From Deltaproteobacteria bacterium TL4 (GTDB lineage: Bacteria; SAR324; NAC60-12), in the NCBI GenBank assembly GCA_051382335.1, contig JBBCAX010000291.1:1-41268 (forward strand): a stretch of 41,268 bases of DNA, given 5' to 3'. The notes under the pieces were generated by a model, which worked only from the letters and a program-made list of their open reading frames with translations, was not told the DNA's origin and searched no databases. The number at the start of each line of letters is the position of its first letter. The first letter of the stretch is position 1. Shown here piece by piece: positions 10,278 through 17,784 of this stretch. A program made the translations under genes and the position numbers.

Positions 10278-10910
10278 ATGAAAATCACAGTGATAATCGC
10301 GGATGATCATCCCATTGTACTCAAGGGAATGAAAGAATTGATTTCCAAAATGGACAATTTTGAATTGCTGGGAAGTGCAACTAATGGACAGGAAGTGGTG
10401 AGGATGTGCCTTAAATGGAACCCCGATATCGTGTTGCTTGATATTGCGATGCCTGAGCTTAATGGGATTGAAGCCGCAAAACAAATTCGAGAGCACTGTC
10501 CCGCGACAAAAATTGTACTGGCGTCCATGTATTTGAAAGATGATGAATATCTTAGAGAAGCCATCGCACTCAAAGTGGATGGATTTGTTGACAAAAGTGA
10601 GTCAGAGGAAAATTATCCCAAAATATTGAAAGCAATTATGAATGGGAAGGCCTACATTTCTCCGGAAATTGCCAAGGTATTCTTAAATATCTATCAAAAC
10701 GAACAGATCCCCGCCTCATCGAAATTATCAAAACGGGAAACCGAAATCTTAAAACTGGTTATCAGTCATAATTCCAACCAGCAAATCGCTGAAACCCTGT
10801 TTTTATCGACACGTACCATTGAAAAACACAGGGAAAACATGCATAAAAAATTAGGGACTCATTCTAAAGAAGAACTCATCAAATTCGCTAAAGAGAACCA
10901 TCTGATCTGA
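10278..10910 (+). CDS. NarL/FixJ-family DNA-binding response regulator
   Basis: RBS AAGGAGA before ATG 10278. IADDHPIV, PDIVLLDIAMPELNGIEA, and LuxR HTH LSKRETEILKL...IAETLFLSTRTIEKHRENMHKKLG. Confidence 0.95.
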   Translation: MKITVIIADDHPIVLKGMKELISKMDNFELLGSATNGQEVVRMCLKWNPDIVLLDIAMPELNGIEAAKQIREHCPATKIVLASMYLKDDEYLREAIALKVDGFVDKSESEENYPKILKAIMNGKAYISPEIAKVFLNIYQNEQIPASSKLSKRETEILKLVISHNSNQQIAETLFLSTRTIEKHRENMHKKLGTHSKEELIKFAKENHLI

Positions 10911-11093
10911 TTCTTTGGCGCCTGTTCGTCCCACTTCTGACGCCTTCAGCGCGACACCTCTTCTAAGGCCATTTACTCCATTCGCCTCATCCTCGGTTTA
11001 GCCTTATAGCTACGTTGTTATCTCAACCGAAGGCAAAAATCGCTCAATTCCTCAACAACTACGTAATCATTCCTTGAAATATGCGCATTTAAA

Positions 11094-11112
11094 ATACGTA
11101 GGGATTGCGAAT
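11094..11112. promoter_or_regulatory. Imperfect palindrome ATACGTA-N5-TGCGAAT (copy 1)
   Basis: Matches copy 2 at 11957-11975; lies about 95 bp upstream of the receiver gene. Confidence 0.4.
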
Positions 11113-11207
11113 GGTAATCTCTGCTACCTATGATATTGTGGGGAGGGTGGGGAAGTCACATTATCTAGTCGAAAGTATCTTCCAAGGGGGCATACAAGAG
11201 GGCAACC

Positions 11208-11660
11208 ATGAATGAGAAGAACGTTAGCGATACAGGAAACGGAATGAACGAATCAAAGGAACCCCTGACCGTCCTTTGGGTTGATGATGAAGTCATGTAC
11301 TTAAGTGTTATGGCAGAAATTATGACCATGGAAGGTTTTTTTGTGACCACAGCTTCCAATGCCCAGGATGCCTGGAGTATCTTTAGTAAATCCCCCCATT
11401 CTTTTGACATTATTGTTTCAGACAACGATATGCCCGGAATGAAGGGCTTGGAGCTTTTGGGAAAAGTGAATCATCAGAAGAAAGATATTATCTCAATTTT
11501 AGTAAGCGGTAGAGACGTTGAGGAACGTATAGAAAATATTGATAGCTTTTTAAGAAAGCCCTTTGAGATTGATGAACTGACCCAGGTTATAGACGGGCTT
11601 ATTAGGTTGAAAGGCAAACCTATCACATTCGAGCGTGCTTATTATCAAAAGAGCGCATGA
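11208..11660 (+). CDS. Stand-alone (CheY-like) receiver protein
   Basis: VLWVDDE, DIIVSDNDMPGMKG, ILVSG, FLRKPF; no output domain. The start could be a later Met. Confidence 0.9.
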   Translation: MNEKNVSDTGNGMNESKEPLTVLWVDDEVMYLSVMAEIMTMEGFFVTTASNAQDAWSIFSKSPHSFDIIVSDNDMPGMKGLELLGKVNHQKKDIISILVSGRDVEERIENIDSFLRKPFEIDELTQVIDGLIRLKGKPITFERAYYQKSA

Positions 11661-11956
11661 GCAATCAACATGATTACCTTTTGTATTTGGGGGGAGGCCT
11701 GGAGTACAAGATTTGTTGTGTCTGTTGAATGTCAATTTTGTATTCCATCACCTCGTCACGTATCCTACCATCACTCCTGACTTTCTTTCGATCCTTAAGC
11801 CCATTTTTTTTTGAATTTGTAATATCCTGACCTAATAATTCTCCAAAAATCCCACACTTAACAGCGTTTTTTCTTAAATTTTGTCTATTTTTTTTCTGTT
11901 TAAACGTGTATTCTGCCTTTATAATGTGGAATATGTACTCCTAACACGTAATCGGA

Positions 11957-11975
11957 ATACGTACAAATTACGAAC
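11957..11975. promoter_or_regulatory. Imperfect palindrome ATACGTA-N5-TACGAAC (copy 2)
   Basis: Lies upstream of the likely start of the beta-barrel gene and matches 11094-11112. Confidence 0.4.
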
Positions 11976-11994
11976 CCAAATCTATGTTCCCCTC

Positions 11995-13314
11995 ATGTCT
12001 CATTTCACATACAAGGGTCTTTCCTCTGGGAAGTTCAAACCTTGTTTTGTCCCGCTCTTTTTATTGATGACTTTTCTCTCCCTCAATCCTTACCCACTTT
12101 TTGCCCAATCGCCCGAGATTTTTGCTACGAATCTCGTTGCAGAAAATTATTTGGACTCTGATTCTTTCACCGCAAAAATCATCGTGACTCATTCGAAACG
12201 GATCACTCAAATTGCAGTCAATGGAAAAATTCAGGACATTTCTCCAGCAAATTCGATTCTTTTTGAAACGCTGCTTTCCTTAAATCCTGGAGAGAATCGG
12301 GTTGTTATTGAAGCCGAAGATGAAACAGGGGCAAAAGCGGACAAGCTTTTTCTGATCTATCACGGTTCTCCTGAGGAGATTGCAGCCTGGAAACATGAAA
12401 AAGAGAGGGAAGGTCTTGATGTTATCTTTTTTATGTTAGATCTCCGTCTCAGATATGATGACAATCCTCTGCTCAATTCCATGATTGAAATCAGAGCCCA
12501 AGCAACCAACGAGGGGACAAGTGCGCTCTATGCGGATTTCACAACATTATATCGTCCCACGACCTGGAAATGGGGCTCAGTACCAGTAACTCCAGAACTG
12601 AGCTATCGCTTCCAAGCCCAAGTAAATTCCACTTCCAAAACCGGAGGTTACCTTTCACATTGGTTTTCAGGAAAATTGGACTGGGAATTAAAGGACAGTC
12701 GAGTGGATCTTGGATTCCGTTATGTCACGTTGCAATCAGGTTCAGAAGAAAAAGGATGGCAAGATTTGGCGGGACTACAAATTGTTGAATTATCAGGGGT
12801 GAAGACTCATTCTGCCAGATTCCAATCGAGACCGTTTTTGGTATATATCAACCAGAATTTCAATGATGATCTTGAGGTGATGAAAGCAGAAAATGACCAG
12901 GGGAATGATCTGGATGGAATAAAGTGGTTGGGAGGGTACAGTCTGGACTATTACCTTGTTCCAGAACGTCAACAAATCGAGGGGAAACTGGTTTATACCA
13001 GTTCCGACACGCGTTTGGATTATGAGGACTATTCAGGGACGGGTGTTATGGTCGATTATCGTATTCTCATAAGCGATTCCCTTCGTTTTTCCATCAAAGG
13101 GCAATATGAAGTACAGACTTACGAGGTTGTCAATCCTGTTTGGGATGAAACCCGCTTGGATCAGTTTACAGAAGTGACCTTGAAGATGAGTTACGAACTG
13201 ACCCCAAACATTCTGCTAACTTGGGACTTGAGCCGTTTTGTCAATGTTTCCAATATCGATGTTTATGATTATGAACGTCATCTCTTTGATATCGGAACCT
13301 TAATGAATTTCTAA
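11995..13314 (+). CDS. Outer-membrane beta-barrel protein, Slam/DUF560-like, with N-terminal Ig-like domain
   Basis: Signal-like segment ending ..PLFA|Q. Ig-like domain (IAVNG..LSLNPGENRVVIEAED). Amphipathic strands and C-terminus QYEVQTY..NPVWDETRLD..NVSNIDVYDYERHLFDIGTLMNF with terminal Phe. Start uncertain (ATG 11995 or 12067). Confidence 0.7.
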   Translation: MSHFTYKGLSSGKFKPCFVPLFLLMTFLSLNPYPLFAQSPEIFATNLVAENYLDSDSFTAKIIVTHSKRITQIAVNGKIQDISPANSILFETLLSLNPGENRVVIEAEDETGAKADKLFLIYHGSPEEIAAWKHEKEREGLDVIFFMLDLRLRYDDNPLLNSMIEIRAQATNEGTSALYADFTTLYRPTTWKWGSVPVTPELSYRFQAQVNSTSKTGGYLSHWFSGKLDWELKDSRVDLGFRYVTLQSGSEEKGWQDLAGLQIVELSGVKTHSARFQSRPFLVYINQNFNDDLEVMKAENDQGNDLDGIKWLGGYSLDYYLVPERQQIEGKLVYTSSDTRLDYEDYSGTGVMVDYRILISDSLRFSIKGQYEVQTYEVVNPVWDETRLDQFTEVTLKMSYELTPNILLTWDLSRFVNVSNIDVYDYERHLFDIGTLMNF

Positions 13315-13359
13315 GGGGAGAGTTGAAACTTCTCATCCTTGAAATAATGTAATGGATAG

Positions 13360-13383
13360 TGGTACACTTGTAAGCATGTACCA
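13360..13383. promoter_or_regulatory. Palindromic operator of the toxin-antitoxin operon
   Basis: Perfect inverted repeat TGGTACA-N10-TGTACCA, 25 bp upstream of the antitoxin ATG; typical of RHH antitoxin autoregulation. Confidence 0.65.
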
Positions 13384-13408
13384 AACTGATACTTTGATGG
13401 AGGTTATT

Positions 13409-13684
13409 ATGATTACTACTCATCCTCGCATCACGGCCAGGGTTGATACGGATACCCAAGAACTGCTATCTCAAGCTGCAGCTCTTGCTGGTATGTCCAG
13501 TATAAACTCTTTCGTACTTAGTGCCGCGATAGAAAAAGCAAAAATAATTATGGAACGTGAACGCTTACTAAAGCTCTCTCAACGTGACGCATTAATGCTG
13601 GTTGAAGCCCTCGACGCACCTGAAAAACCGAATCTTCGTTTACAACAGGCATCTCAGCGCTACAAGGGTAAAGTCCAAGTATGA
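13409..13684 (+). CDS. DUF1778 (TacA/AtaR-like) ribbon-helix-helix antitoxin
   Basis: RBS GGAGG before ATG 13409. RITARV..ELLSQAAALAG..SFVLSAA..LSQRDA..EALDAP..PN.RL. The stop overlaps the toxin start (ATGA). Confidence 0.9.
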   Translation: MITTHPRITARVDTDTQELLSQAAALAGMSSINSFVLSAAIEKAKIIMERERLLKLSQRDALMLVEALDAPEKPNLRLQQASQRYKGKVQV

Positions 13685-14184
13685 TCACGGTTCAATTAGA
13701 TAAAAATAAGCACGACCGTAATAATTTTGATTGTGGCGTTGAAGCTTTAAATTCCTATCTAAAGGTGATGGCAAGTCAACAGTCGAAAAAGGATAACACA
13801 CGCACCTTTGTGATTGAAGATGAAAACAAACCGGAGCATATTATTGGATATTACACACTAACCATGACGCCTATTAACCTTGAGGCTTTGCCAGTAAAAC
13901 TACAGAAAAAGCATCAGAAGGCTCACTCTGGAGGATTAATTGCCAGATTAGCTGTTGATAAACGATACAAAAAACAAGGTTACGGTGAATGGTTGTTGAT
14001 CGATGCTTTAAGAAAGCTATTACTTGCCAGTGAAACAGTTGCGTTCCCGTTGGTTATCGTTGATGCTAAAGAAGGTTCGAGTGCCTTCTATGAAAAGTTT
14101 GGTTTCGTAGCGTTTCAAGATATTCCAGACAAACTGTTCCTCACAATGGCAGATATTCGAGTAAGTTTGGTCAATGCTTTGTGA
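13681..14184 (+). CDS. GNAT-family acetyltransferase toxin (TacT/AtaT-like)
   Basis: HDRNNFDCGVEALNSYL, IIGYYTL, LIARLAVDKRYKKQGYG, LVIVDAK, FYEKFGF. Confidence 0.92.
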   Translation: MITVQLDKNKHDRNNFDCGVEALNSYLKVMASQQSKKDNTRTFVIEDENKPEHIIGYYTLTMTPINLEALPVKLQKKHQKAHSGGLIARLAVDKRYKKQGYGEWLLIDALRKLLLASETVAFPLVIVDAKEGSSAFYEKFGFVAFQDIPDKLFLTMADIRVSLVNAL

Positions 14185-14207
14185 TTATTTTTGTCAATAA
14201 GGAAACC

Positions 14208-14954
14208 ATGAGAAAAATTAATTTATTTGTGATAGCAATGATTTGCGCGGGAGTTGCCTGGGCAGCATCAGATTCAGTGGGAATGTTAACGCCCTTGGGG
14301 GAAAGTGGTGAAGTTTTTATTGGAAATCAAGTTATCGCTACAGCAATGCCAGTCAGAAAAACCGATGTGATTCGTACGGGTGCTGGTAGTTTTGCAAAAC
14401 TTGTCATGAAGAATGGTGATCGTTTTAATCTGGGAAGTAATACCGTTATTAGTGTTGAAGACTATTCAGAATCCGATCAAAATCAGGAAAGTAAGTCGGT
14501 TTTTCAAGTCATCATTGGCAAACTTCGGGCCTTGGTAGAAAGGGAAGATATGGAAAAACTGCTCATAAAAACAGGGAATGCCATGGTTGGTGTCAAAGGA
14601 ACTGACTTTATTGTGGAAGTTCCCTCCAGAGAAGTCACCCAGGTGACAACCCTTACAGGAATTGTCAGCCTCAGAAGAATGGACGCTCCTTCAGTGACCG
14701 ATGGGATTTTAATCAATGCAGGCTTTCGTTCCATTTTATTTCAAAAACATCTCCCGTTTACGCCTATTGCTATTTCCAGAAAAGATCACCAGCAAATCCG
14801 ACAAACCTTCCAACTTAGAAAAGAAAAGGCTTTACCCGCAAAACCTTTTGAAATCGATGTACTGGATGATGTTTTGATGCGGGAAATCCAACGTCGAATG
14901 ATTCAGGAAGAATTACATAAACAAGCCATTTTAGGCCTGGATTTGCACTTTTAA
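14208..14954 (+). CDS. Secreted/periplasmic FecR-domain protein
   Basis: RBS AAGGA and ATG 14208. Signal peptide ..GVAWA|A. FecR motifs DVIRTGAGS.A.L...G....LG.NT, GKLRA, IKTGNAMVGVKGTDF, G.V. No N-terminal anti-sigma domain. Confidence 0.88.
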   Translation: MRKINLFVIAMICAGVAWAASDSVGMLTPLGESGEVFIGNQVIATAMPVRKTDVIRTGAGSFAKLVMKNGDRFNLGSNTVISVEDYSESDQNQESKSVFQVIIGKLRALVEREDMEKLLIKTGNAMVGVKGTDFIVEVPSREVTQVTTLTGIVSLRRMDAPSVTDGILINAGFRSILFQKHLPFTPIAISRKDHQQIRQTFQLRKEKALPAKPFEIDVLDDVLMREIQRRMIQEELHKQAILGLDLHF

Positions 14955-14974
14955 AAAACCTCTGCTTGCCTTAG

Positions 14975-15022
14975 AAAAAGTGGTTCCTTGCCCCTCCTCT
15001 GTTTTGACGTCAATCTGTCCTT
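14975..15022 (-). repeat. 48-bp relic of a histidine kinase 3' end, paralogous to 17805-17852
   Basis: 43/48 identical to 17805-17852; minus strand reads GQIDVKTEEGQGTTF versus GQIDVKTEVGQGTTF. Confidence 0.85.
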
Positions 15023-15181
15023 CAGCCTCTCAAGGAAATGATGCCTCAAGTTTCACACTACTACGCTTGATTGAGAGGAATCGCTATTTCTTGTTTTTCA
15101 GGTTGATTTTTAGTCAATTTCCATCTATTGATTTAATCATGAAATCCATGAAATCATAGTCACATATAAACAGAGTTAATC

Positions 15182-15793
15182 ATGAAAAAATTAATTTGCT
15201 TACTTATAACCACAATCGCTCTTCTGGGATGTTCTAAAGATGATGATGATGACAATTCATCCAGTACAACTTCAATGAACTTGAAAAAACTGGACGGAAG
15301 CTGGAAAACTATATGTTCCGGACCAGATTCGAATGATCTTTATACCCAACGCACAGATAAATACTCTGATGGCAAGCTCACCTCAACCATCAATCTTTAT
15401 AGAAGTGATAGCACGTGTAGTCAGACTGCTGCTTTATTCATCTATAGCGTATTAAATGCGACCTTGACTCCTAAAGGAGATCTTACAACTAACATCAATG
15501 GAGATAAAATCCAGGACATTGATATGACCGTAGTTTCAATGCGTGGCTATGCGACAGAAAGTTCTGTGGATATTTTTAACACGATCCTAAAGCCCTGTGG
15601 CTTTAATAACTGGGTGGCCGGTGAAGCAAAAGAAATCGCGGGTTTAAATTGTTTGGAAAATCAATATCCTGTCATAGGTGATGTCATTCTTAGCATTGTT
15701 AGTTTGGATGGGGAGACCTTATACCTCACCGAAGGTGATACAAAAACTCGCCCTGAGTCTCTAGATAAAAATTGGGCATATACCAAATTATAG
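15182..15793 (+). CDS. Lipoprotein, beta-rich, unknown function
   Basis: Lipobox LLG|C, an acidic/Ser linker, then LDGSWKTIC (GxW) and beta-strand patterns; four Cys in the mature domain. Confidence 0.85.
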   Translation: MKKLICLLITTIALLGCSKDDDDDNSSSTTSMNLKKLDGSWKTICSGPDSNDLYTQRTDKYSDGKLTSTINLYRSDSTCSQTAALFIYSVLNATLTPKGDLTTNINGDKIQDIDMTVVSMRGYATESSVDIFNTILKPCGFNNWVAGEAKEIAGLNCLENQYPVIGDVILSIVSLDGETLYLTEGDTKTRPESLDKNWAYTKL

Positions 15794-15807
15794 AATTCCT
15801 AATAATA

Positions 15808-15838
15808 TTCTCTGTGCTTATTGCTTAGGCACAGAGAA
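15808..15838 (+). terminator. Hairpin after the lipoprotein gene
   Basis: TTCTCTGTGCTTA-ttgct-TAGGCACAGAGAA, 13-bp stem with one G-U pair. Confidence 0.55.
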
Positions 15839-15890
15839 GCAATCTGTTTTCTCTAATTTCCTCAATATCATCAATGAGAAGGGGAATACT

Positions 15891-17768
15891 ATGACTTTTT
15901 TAAGGCTTTTAATACTCTGTTTGATGGGGATGGTAATCAGCTGTAATTCTTATCAACCGGAATCTTCAGATCAAGCTGTTATTCGTTTTCAGTTTCGCCC
16001 TCCAGCTTCTCAGATTCGATCCATATTCGCAAATGACCTCCCCGATGACATTGAAACCATTATCATTCACATTATACCGATCATATCAGAAGGTACAGGG
16101 TTGGGAGTAGAAGGACTTCTCCATAATATTTACCCCAAAGAAACGAATGTTACGGAAGAACTCTTGTACTTTTTAGATCCTGGAGAAGTAAAGATTCGAG
16201 TCTACGCCTATAACAAGGTCGTTTTCAAAGCTACAGCCTATTCTGTAGCTCTAAATTTGGAATACCTCCAATATTTTGCGACAACAGAAACTATCTCTTT
16301 GAAAAAAGGCGAATACACTCAAGTGGATATTCAAATGCAGCCGTTTCAACAAACAGCTATGAAAAATATTCAATTGAGCAAAATAAAAGAAGGAGTTTAT
16401 CAACTTGGTTTTGATCTCAGTATCTCAATGAATGATGCCTTTATAGAATTTCATTATGGTCTAGCGAAAAACGAACGTTTCCAAGTTTCCAAAAATTTAC
16501 TACCAGCCGCCTTACATCAAGAATTGACCTTAGAACTCCCCTATGTCCCTCCCCATTTGTATGAGTTTATTCTATCATCTTCTGAAAGCCAGATTGCGGT
16601 TAGTAATGTTCTTTATTGTGACCTCAGCGTTTGTGGAAAACCTCCTTTGCGCTTAAAACAATTTCCTGATACCGCACTGACTAATGGAGCAGATTTTTCT
16701 GAGGGATTCAGCATTACCATTGCCTCCAATCAACTGGAAGAAACGGTTAAGGCTTCCTTTTATTTTAGTCTGAGAGATATTGGATATCAAGGAGTTACAA
16801 CAATTTTTGACAGTATTCAAAACGCTAATCCCAGTTTGCTTTTACCCAAACGCATTTTTCCCTATGTCCCTGAAAACCGCATTCAACCAAAAGAGTTTTT
16901 GACCCTTAAGATAACACCGGAAATATGGGGGAGTCTCAATACAGGGGTTGCACTTGGAGAATTAAAGTCTATTGACTACTACGTAAGATTAACCTCTGAA
17001 AGTGGAGACAGCACCTTTCAAACTGTTTGCAAAGACAGCCCCGTTCATACCAATCCATTGTTTCCGTATGCCGCATTAAACGCATACTGTGGCTCCCGTC
17101 CTTATATTATTGAAATGGAAAAAACGGAATCAGAAATTCTTATCTCATGGGGCGTTTTTCCAAACTTTGTACTAACCAAAAATCAAGCTCCTGAAAGTTA
17201 CATAGTTGATATCGAAGTTTTTGACAATCAGGGAAATCTTGTTTTGACCTTGAACAACCAAACCTCCTCATTGCAACCCCCCAACGCTCTCATGGTATAT
17301 CGGACTTCTCTTAACTATGCGAAAAATTTTCTTTCAACAGATAAGGAGTACCACATAGGTATCCGCCTAAACAACCAACCCTCCGAGAATTTTTCAACGA
17401 ACACAGACGTTTTCCCTAAAAGTGGAGGAAAAACGCCTGAAACGGCAGTCCCTTTAGATCTTTATCGTGATTCATTAGGTGGATTTATGGGAATTCATCA
17501 GGGGGAGGAAGAATATTTTTCATTTGATTTGAAAACAGAAAATGCTTTTTCATTAATGGCACTGGGTGTCACCAATGCGGGAGATTCTGTGTATTTGACG
17601 GTACAACTGATTGCTCCAGATGGTAATGTGGTTTTAGGATTCTCACAATTCGGTATTGCGGAAACCTTCATTATTCCAATGGATGGAACCTATATTTTGA
17701 AAATCTTTAAGGCAAATTCTGAAACGGTGCCATTGTCCTATCGTCTCGTTACCGTACTTGAACAATAA
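15891..17768 (+). CDS. Lipoprotein with several beta-sandwich domains and a C-terminal PPC-like domain
   Basis: RBS GGGG and lipobox VIS|C. C-terminal ETAVPL..EEEYFSF..VQLIAPDG..IPMDGTYILKI resembles pre-peptidase C-terminal domains. Confidence 0.8.
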   Translation: MTFLRLLILCLMGMVISCNSYQPESSDQAVIRFQFRPPASQIRSIFANDLPDDIETIIIHIIPIISEGTGLGVEGLLHNIYPKETNVTEELLYFLDPGEVKIRVYAYNKVVFKATAYSVALNLEYLQYFATTETISLKKGEYTQVDIQMQPFQQTAMKNIQLSKIKEGVYQLGFDLSISMNDAFIEFHYGLAKNERFQVSKNLLPAALHQELTLELPYVPPHLYEFILSSSESQIAVSNVLYCDLSVCGKPPLRLKQFPDTALTNGADFSEGFSITIASNQLEETVKASFYFSLRDIGYQGVTTIFDSIQNANPSLLLPKRIFPYVPENRIQPKEFLTLKITPEIWGSLNTGVALGELKSIDYYVRLTSESGDSTFQTVCKDSPVHTNPLFPYAALNAYCGSRPYIIEMEKTESEILISWGVFPNFVLTKNQAPESYIVDIEVFDNQGNLVLTLNNQTSSLQPPNALMVYRTSLNYAKNFLSTDKEYHIGIRLNNQPSENFSTNTDVFPKSGGKTPETAVPLDLYRDSLGGFMGIHQGEEEYFSFDLKTENAFSLMALGVTNAGDSVYLTVQLIAPDGNVVLGFSQFGIAETFIIPMDGTYILKIFKANSETVPLSYRLVTVLEQ

Positions 17769-17784
17769 GAATGTTGATAAGTTG

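Noticed and set aside
11881..11994. TTG-started extension of the barrel gene
   Set aside because: It has no RBS, covers the putative regulatory motif, and pushes the signal peptide too far inside.
13315..15850. Integron cassette array (TA pair plus short lipoprotein genes with hairpins)
   Set aside because: I see no RYYYAAC..GTTRRRY attC cores and no integrase.
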